Origin: Clostridia bacterium
GTDB taxonomy: Bacteria > Bacillota > Clostridia > UMGS1883
Direction: 5' to 3'
Length of the DNA stretch: 64,000 bases
Assembly (NCBI GenBank): GCA_017411435.1
Contig: JAFQQD010000036.1
Span: 2,938-66,937, forward strand
Part shown: positions 38,799-49,320 of the stretch, piece after piece
How the letters are laid out: every line of letters begins with the position of its first letter
How positions within the stretch are numbered: the stretch's first letter is position 1
Program-made: the position numbers and the translations under genes
The notes under the pieces: model-generated
What the model saw: the letters and a program-made list of their open reading frames with translations, nothing else
What the model was told of the DNA's origin: nothing
The model's database searches: none

Positions 38799-40253
38799 TT
38801 ATATTCCCTTCGTCTTTCTTTGTTTTTTTAAAACATCAATAAGAACATTAAACCCTTTTACCTTGAAGATAACTGATAATCCTAAATACACAATAACTCC
38901 AACTATAATCTGGCATAATAAAGAGAGTACAGCAGGCATCGGAATCATTCCTATCATCATTACGCATATCCACATAATTGCCGCCATAACAAATGATGGC
39001 AAGGTATCTTTTGCAATATCTTTATATGCATATCCAAGAAGTTTTTTATTCTGGTATGCGTTCATCATATTGGAAAGCACCGCCATAAGAAGAAGCACAA
39101 TAATTACTGCATAGATATTTATGAATGATACTGCTACAAGAAGAACTATTGATATAGAACGCTTTATAAGCTCAAACTTCATAAATATATCACTGCGCCC
39201 CATAGAGTTGAACACCTGCATATTGGAATTATTGATGGATGCGAGTGCATAGGTTACACATACAATCTGCATCATAGGAACCGAGGGAAGCCATTTCTCA
39301 GTAAGAATTATTGTTACCAAATTTTTTGCAACTGCAGAGAGTCCTAAAAATATAGGGAATAATATGTAAGCATTCATTGAGAGAAGCGTCTTTGTGATAT
39401 TTTTAAGTTTTTCGCGGTCATCCTGAATCTGTGACATTGCAGGAAACATTACCCCGTCAACTACTTCGGTAACTGTCTTGGAAATAATCTGCGGAAAGCT
39501 TCCTGCACGGTTATAGTAACCAAGCGTCGTTGCAGAAAATCTCTTTCCGACCACCAAAACATACAAATCCTGATGAAGTGTACCTATAAGCCAGCCGACC
39601 GTAAGTTTCCAGCTGTAACTGAAAAGTGATTTAAGTCTTTCGAAAGAAAACTCAAGTGTCGGACGCCATCTTACCATAAATATTGCGCCAAGAGGAAGTG
39701 CAATACCGTTTGCAAGGTTTGCCCAGACAAGACTCCACGGACCAAAGCCTGCGTATGCAAGTCCTATTCCCACAACACCGTAGGTAATTGTTGCAAAGGT
39801 GTTGATTGCAAAGCTCTTCTGAAACTGCATGTTCTTTTTCATTACCGTAATCTGTATAGCACCTATTGCGCTGATTACGATAGAAAGACTCATTATGCGG
39901 AGCATCAGGGAAAGCTCGGGGTTTTTATAGAGTTTTGCGATAAAGGGTGCAGCTACGAAAAGCACCCCGTAGCAGATGGCCGCAATTGCAAACTGCGTAT
40001 AAAAAACGGTAGAGCAATCAAGATCGTCGCTGTCTTTTTTCTGTATTATTGAGTTTCCGAGACCGTTATTTACGAGTGTCTGTGCGATGGATACGAAAAC
40101 GGATAAAATTGCAATCGTACCAAAGTCTTCCGGCATTAAAAGTCGTGCCAGAATCATTGGGGTAACTGCATTTATGAATTGAAGGAAAAATCTCTCGATT
40201 GCCTTCCACTTCATGCCTGAAAAGACTTTTTTCGATAATTCCTTATCTTGCAT
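38799..40253 (-). CDS. wzx: Wzx-type polysaccharide flippase (MOP superfamily).
   Basis: The product is 484 aa with about 14 transmembrane segments. Confidence 0.8.
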   Translation of the reverse strand: MQDKELSKKVFSGMKWKAIERFFLQFINAVTPMILARLLMPEDFGTIAILSVFVSIAQTLVNNGLGNSIIQKKDSDDLDCSTVFYTQFAIAAICYGVLFVAAPFIAKLYKNPELSLMLRIMSLSIVISAIGAIQITVMKKNMQFQKSFAINTFATITYGVVGIGLAYAGFGPWSLVWANLANGIALPLGAIFMVRWRPTLEFSFERLKSLFSYSWKLTVGWLIGTLHQDLYVLVVGKRFSATTLGYYNRAGSFPQIISKTVTEVVDGVMFPAMSQIQDDREKLKNITKTLLSMNAYILFPIFLGLSAVAKNLVTIILTEKWLPSVPMMQIVCVTYALASINNSNMQVFNSMGRSDIFMKFELIKRSISIVLLVAVSFINIYAVIIVLLLMAVLSNMMNAYQNKKLLGYAYKDIAKDTLPSFVMAAIMWICVMMIGMIPMPAVLSLLCQIIVGVIVYLGLSVIFKVKGFNVLIDVLKKQRKTKGI

Positions 40254-41211
40254 ATAATGACCTCAATTTCTTAAAGGCTTTTTTTATGATAGCCTTTACT
40301 AATCTGTAATAAACATTAATGCGCATCTTGAAAGAAATAGATTTCATAACTTCACGCATTTCGCTGCTTTTATAGGTTACGCTTCCGAGTAATTTACCCA
40401 ATTTCACGGTCGCAATACGGCTGCAGATTCTGGGAGATAAGTCGTATTTATAATCAAGATATTTTTCAAGATTTCTTATAATACGCATAAACATATATGT
40501 ATACTCTATTGCGCGCGTTTTTTGAGAATAGGCAAAGCTTGATGTATCATTTGCCCCGGCTATACGATGCGCCGACATTACATCACGAAGAACATATATG
40601 TCACCTGCATCATAAAGCAGTGTAAAAGCAATTAAATCTCCCATGGTTCGCTCCGCATATCGCATTTTGATATACTTTTCGTCATGTATGGGAAATATAT
40701 TTCTTCTGAAAACAGTGCAAGTGTGGACACTATATCCTTCATTTAGCCAATCTCGCATAGTCTTTACAATATCCTTTTTAAGATTCAGTTCAGATTCTAT
40801 GACAGTTACCCCTTCGGAACTAACACTTTTGAAATCACTACACACTGCACTGTATTGAGGATTGTTCTCCAATATATCATACTGCTTTTGTAATTTATAT
40901 TCATCTGTCCAGAAGTCATCACCCTCCAGACTTGCAACATACTTTCCTCGAATCATTTTCTGGACACTTCTGGAATTTCCGCTGGGGCCTACATTTTCAT
41001 CATGCAAAATGAGAACAAGTTTATCGCCGTATTTTTCCTTGTATTCAAGAAGTATCTGACGTGTATTATCGGGAGATGCATCCTCTCCGACAATTACCTC
41101 GTAATTAAAATTCGTTTTCTGCATAAAAACACTGTCAAGCGCCTGGCGTATATAATTTTCATGCTTGTACGTTATGATGGTAACACTTACTGCAATATCA
41201 TTCATTTTCAA
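40243..41211 (-). CDS. Family-2 glycosyltransferase.
   Basis: The motif VTIITYKHENYIRQALDSVFMQ...VGEDAS is present. Confidence 0.85.
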   Translation of the reverse strand: MKMNDIAVSVTIITYKHENYIRQALDSVFMQKTNFNYEVIVGEDASPDNTRQILLEYKEKYGDKLVLILHDENVGPSGNSRSVQKMIRGKYVASLEGDDFWTDEYKLQKQYDILENNPQYSAVCSDFKSVSSEGVTVIESELNLKKDIVKTMRDWLNEGYSVHTCTVFRRNIFPIHDEKYIKMRYAERTMGDLIAFTLLYDAGDIYVLRDVMSAHRIAGANDTSSFAYSQKTRAIEYTYMFMRIIRNLEKYLDYKYDLSPRICSRIATVKLGKLLGSVTYKSSEMREVMKSISFKMRINVYYRLVKAIIKKAFKKLRSLYAR

Positions 41212-42310
41212 AGCCTCCTAAAAAAAGTTCACGGTGCGCTTCGCATTGGATAATGTTTTGCACCATAAGTTTCCTTTCTTCGCTGATTTTCTTTTTATGC
41301 TTAAGTCGATGTCCGCACAGCTTGTTTGCAATTCTGAAAAGCAGACTTACTCCATATATTCTGCTTAAATAAGAGTCATACATTTCTCTTGCAAACTTAC
41401 TGTATTCAGCCTTCACAAATCCATCTTTTTTGATTTCTTTGCTACGAACATTAAATTTTTTCAATATATCCTCATCTTCAGAAATTCCGATGATACCATT
41501 TTTCTTTTCAAGAGGTATATATTCAATACTCGCTTCATCTTCAAGCTTAAGTTCTATCAGGAGAGCATTGTTCCAGTATTCATCGTTTGACGCGCCAACA
41601 AATATGAAATTTCCCTGTCCGTAAACAATTTCGCTTCCGTTATATTCTTCTTTGCATCCTATACAATGACTGTGCTGACAGATGACAAGGTCTGCACCTT
41701 TTTCGCACATCTTTCTGCAAACCTTCTGGAGATTGGGCGAAGGATAGCGGTAATATTCTTTTCCGCCGTGGTAAAGCACGATTACATAATCACACTCTTC
41801 TTTAAGATTTTCTATGTGTTCGAAACTTTCAAGCACATCAAAGGGATTTGCACCTGCAACATTTTCACCGGCAATAGTAAATTCGTGTTCTGCACAAGCG
41901 TATACACCTATTTTTTTATCTTCCTTATTTATTATATAGGGTTTTTGTGCTGCGGAGAGGTTTTCGCCTGCGCCTGTATATGCAATATTGTTCTCACTAA
42001 GCGTTTTAAGTGTGCTATTAAAAGCCTCTTCCCCGTGGTCCATAATGTGATTGTTTGCAAGTGTAAAAAGGTTTACACCAAGTTTTTTGACACCGTTTAT
42101 ACACGATGTAGGCGCAATCAGATTAGGACCGCATTTTTTAATGGGTGCCTCCTTGTCTGCAAGCGGAGTTTCAAGGTTGAAAATGCGAAAATCCGCCTCT
42201 GTGAGTTTCTTTTCAAGATTTTCATCTATGATTGCTTTTATATCACCGCTTGAAAATGCTTCAATATTCGATTTTGTAGGAACTATGTCTGCACCGATGA
42301 GTATTTTCAT
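41198..42310 (-). CDS. CapA/PgsA-family protein, a metallophosphatase-fold capsule-synthesis protein.
   Basis: The motif YHGGKEYYRYPSP is present. Confidence 0.7.
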   Translation of the reverse strand: MKILIGADIVPTKSNIEAFSSGDIKAIIDENLEKKLTEADFRIFNLETPLADKEAPIKKCGPNLIAPTSCINGVKKLGVNLFTLANNHIMDHGEEAFNSTLKTLSENNIAYTGAGENLSAAQKPYIINKEDKKIGVYACAEHEFTIAGENVAGANPFDVLESFEHIENLKEECDYVIVLYHGGKEYYRYPSPNLQKVCRKMCEKGADLVICQHSHCIGCKEEYNGSEIVYGQGNFIFVGASNDEYWNNALLIELKLEDEASIEYIPLEKKNGIIGISEDEDILKKFNVRSKEIKKDGFVKAEYSKFAREMYDSYLSRIYGVSLLFRIANKLCGHRLKHKKKISEERKLMVQNIIQCEAHRELFLGGFENE

Positions 42311-42342
42311 TGGTAAAACCTCCGCAACTTATAATCAAGGGG

Positions 42343-43281
42343 TTATTTTGCTAAATTAAGGTCTATCATACTGCCGAAGAGTTTATCGGTTTCTTCAGGG
42401 AAAGTGGGAGCAAAACCGCTTGAAGAGAAGAAGGTTATCTCGCCAAAATAAATCTTTCCTTCAAGTTGATACAAATCTATTCTTACAAAGGGCATATCCT
42501 TTGAAAGTTTTGCCGCAATTTCAAACATTTCATCAATGCACTCGGGTTTGGGGACACTATACCCTTCGGGTGCTTCGAGTCCGTGCTTATTAATTCGAAG
42601 AAGATTCCATTCCCTGTCAAAATAATAGAATCTAGGATTTCCGGATGCCCTGTCTATACAAGCCATTACACTGTGAATATTTCCTCCAAAGCAGTAGAAT
42701 TTATAGTCTACAAACTGACCGTCTTTATCTTCCATATATTGCTCTGCTATAATGCGTCTTTTTACATTTTTGTAGGGCCATTCGCGTGAAATTATGAAGT
42801 AATCCTCATTTATACCTTTTTTAAGTTCTTTTCTGACCTTATCAAAATCGAGTTTACTCTTATCCTTACAGATACACATACCCGTACCGCTGTTGTGGTT
42901 GCATTTAAGCACAAATCTGTCGGGAAGTGTGTCAAAATCAATATCGTCAGGGCTATCCCACACCCCGAGAAGTGGGATGAGATATTCCTCTCCGAGCTTT
43001 TCCGCAATATACTCTCTTACCGCAAACTTATCTACCATAGTGGTATATTCTTCCTTGCGGTTGTGAATTTTCAACCATTGAAGTTTTTCCGTATAAACTT
43101 TCGGGTTTTCAAGATTGAGTTTCTTTCCCATTATTGCCCAATACTTCATTTTGAGGTATGGCACATCGGGAAACAGGCGGGAGATTTTTTCATTCTCTAA
43201 CAGAGCCTGAAGTACAAGCCTCGGGTTCAAAAATGCTTTCTTCATTTTCAATGCAAGAGTCTTCGGATTCATAAATGTCAC
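42343..43281 (-). CDS. TupA-like ATP-grasp family protein.
   Basis: The motifs FVLKCNHNSG, YKFYCFGG and YFDREWN are present. The start is uncertain. Confidence 0.5.
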   Translation of the reverse strand: MTFMNPKTLALKMKKAFLNPRLVLQALLENEKISRLFPDVPYLKMKYWAIMGKKLNLENPKVYTEKLQWLKIHNRKEEYTTMVDKFAVREYIAEKLGEEYLIPLLGVWDSPDDIDFDTLPDRFVLKCNHNSGTGMCICKDKSKLDFDKVRKELKKGINEDYFIISREWPYKNVKRRIIAEQYMEDKDGQFVDYKFYCFGGNIHSVMACIDRASGNPRFYYFDREWNLLRINKHGLEAPEGYSVPKPECIDEMFEIAAKLSKDMPFVRIDLYQLEGKIYFGEITFFSSSGFAPTFPEETDKLFGSMIDLNLAK

Positions 43282-44593
43282 TCTTTTCTTCTTCTAAAAA
43301 TTCTTTTATACGGTCTTTTTCCTCTTCAAGTTTTTCTTCAGGTTTTTCTTCAAATTCTGCTTCATCCTCTATTAATTCTTCGTTACCTTCGTTTTTCTCA
43401 AACACCCTGTCATTTATCAGGAAAAACGCAAGCAGTATCCAGTGTTGCTTACTGTAATATGTAACAAGCGCAACTTCCATCAAAAGACGGACAATGAAAA
43501 TTGCCGAGAGTGCCTTTCCAGCATCCTGTTTTGAGCTTAAGAGGTTGTTCATTGCAAAGGCGTACGCAAGGTAATAAAGGACAAATCCGATAAGACCGAA
43601 GTCTACCAGAATCTCGATAAAATTATTATGCGAATATGTTCCGTATCCTGAAACGCTGGCATAATTATCTGCCCCATAACCGACAAGAAGTCTCTCCTTG
43701 AATATGCTCCACCCTGAAGCTATCATCTTAAAGCGCGCACGGGAAGAGCTGTCGCCTTCTCCATCTCCTTCAAGAGTTTTTATTGTCATTTCCAATCGAT
43801 GGCTTATAAAATCAAACATCGGAAGTTTTATAACCATCATAAATATAAATATCAGAATTGCGGCAATTACAATTACCTTGTAAAGTTTTTTAAGTCCATA
43901 ACGCTTATAAACAAGGAAAAGTACGCCGATGCACATCATCAGAAGCGCTTTTCTTGAGCCGCTTGACATGGCAAAAAGGAATGACATTGCAATTACTGCG
44001 ATGTGGAATAACTTGTAACGGTTCCTGTAGAGCAAGTAGTAAAATGCTACCATAACCGTTGTCGCATTATACATTCCGAATGTGTTTTCCTGACTGATTT
44101 CTCTGCCAAGCCTTACTCCACCTGCCTGCGACATCATATCAAGCACCTGTGAAAATCCATAGGTATAGATACTGTATGCCACAAGTGAAATTCCGGAGAT
44201 ATAAAGGCTTTTCAAGAGATATTCGTGGGCATCTTCCTCTTCAGCAAAAAGGTTATATGTGAGGAAAAATAGAAGGAAAACCTGCCATACTGTATTCATT
44301 TTTTCAGTAGCATAAAACCGGTTATATGCCCAGAAGGTAGTTGCATACATCCATGTAATTGTCATATATACAACAAGGATATTTTTGCCGATATTAATTC
44401 TCTTTCTTTGCAATAGCGTCAGCGCTGTGAAGCCTGCATACAGGACAAACATGCCGCGTGATATAGCGACAGTATCCAACTTATCCACAAAAACATAGAG
44501 TGATATCATATATAAGACAAAAGAAAGCCTTGCCAACTTTTCAAATAACGGTTTTTTCTTTTTCAAATTTGCTGTGTTTTCCATAAGTTCCAC
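43190..44593 (-). CDS. Wzy/O-antigen-ligase-like polytopic protein with an acidic C-terminal tail.
   Basis: The product has about 11 transmembrane segments. It shares the SGSRKALLM motif with the 44626..45915 gene. Confidence 0.65.
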   Translation of the reverse strand: MELMENTANLKKKKPLFEKLARLSFVLYMISLYVFVDKLDTVAISRGMFVLYAGFTALTLLQRKRINIGKNILVVYMTITWMYATTFWAYNRFYATEKMNTVWQVFLLFFLTYNLFAEEEDAHEYLLKSLYISGISLVAYSIYTYGFSQVLDMMSQAGGVRLGREISQENTFGMYNATTVMVAFYYLLYRNRYKLFHIAVIAMSFLFAMSSGSRKALLMMCIGVLFLVYKRYGLKKLYKVIVIAAILIFIFMMVIKLPMFDFISHRLEMTIKTLEGDGEGDSSSRARFKMIASGWSIFKERLLVGYGADNYASVSGYGTYSHNNFIEILVDFGLIGFVLYYLAYAFAMNNLLSSKQDAGKALSAIFIVRLLMEVALVTYYSKQHWILLAFFLINDRVFEKNEGNEELIEDEAEFEEKPEEKLEEEKDRIKEFLEEEKSDIYESEDSCIENEESIFEPEACTSGSVRE

Positions 44594-44625
44594 CCAAATT
44601 CAATAAAGTAACTGTCTATGATAAA

Positions 44626-45915
44626 TTAACCGATAGTTTCTTCTCCGACTGCCACACTTTCCTCCAAAACGAGATTTTCAGCGCCGGAATATTCTTCTGG
44701 AGATTTATTCTCATTTAAGTTTTTTTCGATGCTTATCAGATAAAATGCCATCATTACCCAGTGAATTTTTCCGTAATATGTAACCATGGCAAGTTCCATT
44801 ACAAATCGCACAATAAAAATGGCAAACAGTGCCTTTCCGGCATCATTTTGAGTTTTCCACAAGTTTTTGAAGCCGTAAAAATAAACCAGATAGTAAAGAA
44901 TAAATCCAAAAAGTCCGAAGTTAACCAGAATTTCAATGAAGTTGTTGTGCGCGTATGTCTTGAACCTTGTAACATTTTTATAGTTGTTTGCGCCATATCC
45001 TGCTACGATACGGTCCTTAAACACTTCCAAACCGCCAACGATCATATTCAGTCTTGATCTTGTGGATGAGTCGCCCTGACCTTCGCCAGTAACAACCTCG
45101 GTGGCACTTTCCATTCGCGATGAAATTGTTTCAAATATCGGAAGTTTCATCGCTGATGAAAATACAACTGCCAAAATTGCCACAACTGCTACAATCTTGT
45201 AAAGTTTCTTCCATCCGTATTTCTTGTAAACCATAATAAGCGCACCGCCTAAAATCATAAGCAGGGCTTTCCTCGAACCGCTTGACATTGCAAATATGAA
45301 AGAAACCACGACCGTTACAGTATGGAATATTTTGAATTTTCTTTTATACAGAAAGTAATAAAAAGCTACCAGAACTGTTGTTGCATTCATCATTCCGAAA
45401 GAGTTTTCCTGATTGATTTCTGCACCAAAGCGTACCGTTCCATCGCCTGCCATAGCGCTGATTACATCTGAAAGTCCGTAAACATAAATACTGTAACCAA
45501 TAAGCACGAGACCTGAAATATAGAGGCTCCTTAAAAGAGAGTCGTGCGCATCACTCTGTTTGGCAAAAAGATTATATGCCAAGAAAAACTGAATGAATAA
45601 CTGCCACATAGTTTTCATCATAACTGTAGCATCGTGCCCGTTCTGCGCCCAGAAAATAGTAGCAAACATCCATGTAAATGCAATATATACTGCCATTACA
45701 TTCTTGCCTATATGTATACTTTTACTTCTGAGTACCGCAATTACTGTAAATACCGCAAATATGACGAATACAGTTTTTGATATCATGACGGTTTCTTCGC
45801 GGTCAACGAAGATGTACAGCGTTATCATGTACAGTGTAAACATAAACTCCGCTATTTTTTGCGATATTCTTTTTTGAGGTTTTATTGTGTTTTCCATATT
45901 TTCACCTGAATTCAA
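44626..45915 (-). CDS. Wzy/O-antigen-ligase-like polytopic protein.
   Basis: It is a paralog of the 43190..44593 gene. Confidence 0.65.
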   Translation of the reverse strand: MNSGENMENTIKPQKRISQKIAEFMFTLYMITLYIFVDREETVMISKTVFVIFAVFTVIAVLRSKSIHIGKNVMAVYIAFTWMFATIFWAQNGHDATVMMKTMWQLFIQFFLAYNLFAKQSDAHDSLLRSLYISGLVLIGYSIYVYGLSDVISAMAGDGTVRFGAEINQENSFGMMNATTVLVAFYYFLYKRKFKIFHTVTVVVSFIFAMSSGSRKALLMILGGALIMVYKKYGWKKLYKIVAVVAILAVVFSSAMKLPIFETISSRMESATEVVTGEGQGDSSTRSRLNMIVGGLEVFKDRIVAGYGANNYKNVTRFKTYAHNNFIEILVNFGLFGFILYYLVYFYGFKNLWKTQNDAGKALFAIFIVRFVMELAMVTYYGKIHWVMMAFYLISIEKNLNENKSPEEYSGAENLVLEESVAVGEETIG

Positions 45916-45939
45916 ACTAAAATGCTGATATCAAAAATG

Positions 45940-47097
45940 TCAGAATTTTCTCCAGACCATTTTGTTTACTACACCTGTGTAGGACTGGATTATTTTCACG
46001 ACCTTGGTCGATACCTCTTCCTCAACATAGTCGGGTACGGGGATTCCAAGATCTTTATTTTTATTCATTTCAACCGCAGTATCAACTGCCTGAAGAAGGC
46101 TTCCTTCATCAATTCCTGCGAGAATAAAGCACGCCTTGTCAAGCGCCTCGGGGCGCTCTGTGCTTGTTCTGATACAAACTGCAGGGAAAGGATTTCCTAT
46201 GCTTGTGAAGAAACTGCTTTCCTCAGGAAGTGTGCCTGAGTCTGACACTACCGCAAAGGCGTTCATCTGAAGGCAGTTATAATCGTGGAAACCAAGTGGC
46301 TCGTGCTGAATTACGCGTTTGTCAAGTTCAAAGCCTGACTGCTCAAGTCTTTTCTTTGAGCGCGGATGGCACGAATAAAGAATCGGCATATCGTATTTTT
46401 CTGCCATTTTATTGATGGCTGTGAAAAGGCTTGTGAAATTCTTTTCTGTATCAATATTCTCTTCTCTGTGTGCAGAAAGGAGAATGTATTTTCCTTTTTC
46501 AAGTCCGAGGCGAGCGTGGATATCGCTCTTTTTGATATCCTCGAGGTTATTGTGCAGAACTTCTGCCATAGGAGAACCTGTCACATAAGTTCTTTCTTTG
46601 GGAAGTCCGCAGTCAGCGAGATAGCGCCTTGCATGCTCGGAATACGCAAGGTTAACATCAGAGATTATGTCAACTATTCTGCGGTTTGTTTCTTCGGGAA
46701 GGCATTCGTCCTTACAGCGGTTTCCCGCTTCCATATGGAAAATCGGTATATGAAGTCTTTTTGCACCGATTACGCTGAGGCAGGAATTTGTATCGCCGAG
46801 CACAAGTACTGCATCGGGCTTTATTTCTGCCATAAGCTGATAGGACTTGGCAATGATATTTCCCATTGTTTCGCCAAGGTCATTTCCTACCGCGTCAAGA
46901 TACACATCGGGGTCTTCAAGTTTTAAGTCACGGAAGAATACTCCGTTTAAGTTATAGTCATAGTTCTGCCCTGTGTGAGCAAGAATTGTGTCAAAATATT
47001 TTCTGCATTTATTGATAACTGCCGCAAGACGAATAATCTCGGGACGGGTACCTACGATTATGAGCAGTTTTAATTTTCCGTTGTCTTTGAATTTCAT
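45940..47097 (-). CDS. UDP-N-acetylglucosamine 2-epimerase, Cap5G-like.
   Basis: The protein starts KLLIIVGTRPEIIRLA. Confidence 0.85.
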   Translation of the reverse strand: MKFKDNGKLKLLIIVGTRPEIIRLAAVINKCRKYFDTILAHTGQNYDYNLNGVFFRDLKLEDPDVYLDAVGNDLGETMGNIIAKSYQLMAEIKPDAVLVLGDTNSCLSVIGAKRLHIPIFHMEAGNRCKDECLPEETNRRIVDIISDVNLAYSEHARRYLADCGLPKERTYVTGSPMAEVLHNNLEDIKKSDIHARLGLEKGKYILLSAHREENIDTEKNFTSLFTAINKMAEKYDMPILYSCHPRSKKRLEQSGFELDKRVIQHEPLGFHDYNCLQMNAFAVVSDSGTLPEESSFFTSIGNPFPAVCIRTSTERPEALDKACFILAGIDEGSLLQAVDTAVEMNKNKDLGIPVPDYVEEEVSTKVVKIIQSYTGVVNKMVWRKF

Positions 47098-48245
47098 TAT
47101 TCTACCACCTCTCCAAAAGTGTCGGGTTTATCGGGGTTAAAACATTCGTTTGCCCACATTACTGTAACAAGGTCTTCACTGTCTGAAAGATTGATGATGT
47201 TGTGCGTATAGCCGGGAAGCATATGCACTGCCTCAATCTTATCGCCTGAAACTTCAAAATTGAGAACTTCGTCAGAGCCTATTTTCCTCTGCTGAATAAG
47301 TCCGCGACCTGAAACAACGATGAAAAACTCCCATTTTGTGTTGTGCCAGTGCTGCCCCTTCGTAATGCCGGGTTTCGAAATGTTCACGCTGACCTGACCG
47401 CACTTTTCACTGCGGATAAGCTCGGTAAAGGAGCCGCGTGCATCAACATTCATTTTAAGAGGGAACGACGCCTTTTCGCGAGGCAGGTATGAAAGATATG
47501 TTGAATAGAGCTTCTTTGCAAAACTGCCATCGGGAATTTCGGGCATTGTAAGAGTTTCGGGTTGATTTTTGAACTTTTCCAGGAGTTCAACGATTTCGCC
47601 AAGGGTTATTTTGTGTTCTGTGGGAACTTTGCAAAATTCGCCTTCGCGGTTTTCCTTGCCCATAATTGCATTTATGATTTCATCTACGACATCGTCAATG
47701 TAGCAAAGAGTCATCATATGAGAAGGGTCATTCACTGTAATAGGCAAATCGTTTGCGATATTGTGACAGAATGTCGCAACGGCACTGTTATAATTAGGTC
47801 TGCACCACTTTCCAAAAAGGTTCGGGAAACGGTAGATAAGAACCTTGACATCGTTTTCCCTGCCGTAATCAAAGAGGAGGTCCTCGCCTGCTTTTTTTGA
47901 CTTTCCGTAAGCGTTATCAAGTGCCGCCTGAATTGAAGAAGAGCCAAGAATAGGCGCTTTATTTCCGTACTTTTTGAGAGAGTCAAGCATTACGGATACA
48001 AAGCCGTAGTTCCCCTGCATAAATTCCTCTTCATTTTGCGGACGGTTTACGCCTGCAAGGTTTACGACAAAGTCTGCCTCTTTGCAGTAGAAATCAAGCT
48101 CCGCGGAGGTTGAGCCGAGGTCGTACTCGAAAATATTTTCTATTTTAAGGTCACGCGTTCTGTCCTTGCCGCTATGTATGTTTTTAAGGTTTGCAACGAG
48201 ATTCTGTCCCACAAATCCTTTGGCACCGGTTACGAGTATGTTCAT
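47097..48245 (-). CDS. Cap5F/FnlB-type reductase.
   Basis: The motifs NLFGKWCRPNYNSAVATFC, LYSTYLSYLP, GQVSVNISKPGITKGQHWHNTK and MWANE are present. Confidence 0.85.
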   Translation of the reverse strand: MNILVTGAKGFVGQNLVANLKNIHSGKDRTRDLKIENIFEYDLGSTSAELDFYCKEADFVVNLAGVNRPQNEEEFMQGNYGFVSVMLDSLKKYGNKAPILGSSSIQAALDNAYGKSKKAGEDLLFDYGRENDVKVLIYRFPNLFGKWCRPNYNSAVATFCHNIANDLPITVNDPSHMMTLCYIDDVVDEIINAIMGKENREGEFCKVPTEHKITLGEIVELLEKFKNQPETLTMPEIPDGSFAKKLYSTYLSYLPREKASFPLKMNVDARGSFTELIRSEKCGQVSVNISKPGITKGQHWHNTKWEFFIVVSGRGLIQQRKIGSDEVLNFEVSGDKIEAVHMLPGYTHNIINLSDSEDLVTVMWANECFNPDKPDTFGEVVE

Positions 48246-48250
48246 AGAGA

Positions 48251-49300
48251 TTAAGCCTCCAAAGATTTAAGTTCGTCCTGAATGTAAGAAAGTTCGAGGA
48301 GTTTTTCCTTAACTGCCTCAACATCTAAAAGGTCTGTATTGTTGGAATTAAATTCGGTCAGGGGGTTTCTGTCCTTATCCCCGTCCTTAAAATATTTGTC
48401 GTAGTTAAGGTCGCGCTTATCGGCAGGCACACGGTAGAAATCGCCCATATCGATTGCATTTGCACATTCCTCGTTTGTAAGGAGTGTTTCGTACATCTTT
48501 TCACCGTGGCGGATACCGATGATTTTGATTTGGCTCTTATTCTCTTTGTCAAAGAGTTCCTTTACTGCCTTAGCGAGCACTTCGATTGTGCAGGCAGGAG
48601 CCTTCTGCACCATAATGTCACCGCTTGTTGCATTTTCAAATGCGAAGAGCACAAGTTCAACCGCCTCTTCAAGTGACATTATAAAGCGTGTCATATTAGG
48701 TTCGGTAATGGTAATGGGTTCTCCCTTTTTAATCTGCTCTATCCACAGAGGAATAACAGAGCCTCTTGAACACATTACATTGCCATAACGGGTGCAGCAG
48801 ATGGATGTTTTTTCGGGAGAAACTGTTCTTGCTTTTGCAACGGCTACCTTTTCCATCATAGCCTTGGAAGTACCCATTGCATTAACGGGATATGCCGCCT
48901 TATCAGTTGAAAGGCAGATTACCTTCTCAACGCCAGCCTCAATTGCGGCGGAAAGTACATTGTCTGTACCGATAACATTCGTCTTTACTGCTTCAAGCGG
49001 AAAGAATTCACAGGAGGGAACCTGCTTGAGTGCTGCCGCGTGGAATATGTAGTCAACGCCGTACATCGCACCTTTGAGAGAATTATAATCTCTTACATCG
49101 CCGATAAAGAACTTGATTTTATTTGCCGCTTCTGGCATCTTTGCCTGAAATTCGTGGCGCATATCGTCTTGCTTTTTCTCATCACGCGAGAAAACGCGTA
49201 TTTCTTTAATATCGGTTTTAAGAAAGCGGTTTAATACTGCGTTACCGAAACTTCCCGTGCCGCCTGTTATAAGTAGTGTTTTTCCTGTAAATAAACTCAT
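48251..49300 (-). CDS. Cap5E/FnlA-type UDP-GlcNAc 4,6-dehydratase.
   Basis: The protein starts LLITGGTGSFGNAV. Confidence 0.8.
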   Translation of the reverse strand: MSLFTGKTLLITGGTGSFGNAVLNRFLKTDIKEIRVFSRDEKKQDDMRHEFQAKMPEAANKIKFFIGDVRDYNSLKGAMYGVDYIFHAAALKQVPSCEFFPLEAVKTNVIGTDNVLSAAIEAGVEKVICLSTDKAAYPVNAMGTSKAMMEKVAVAKARTVSPEKTSICCTRYGNVMCSRGSVIPLWIEQIKKGEPITITEPNMTRFIMSLEEAVELVLFAFENATSGDIMVQKAPACTIEVLAKAVKELFDKENKSQIKIIGIRHGEKMYETLLTNEECANAIDMGDFYRVPADKRDLNYDKYFKDGDKDRNPLTEFNSNNTDLLDVEAVKEKLLELSYIQDELKSLEA

Positions 49301-49320
49301 TCTTTATTCCTCCCGTGTGC

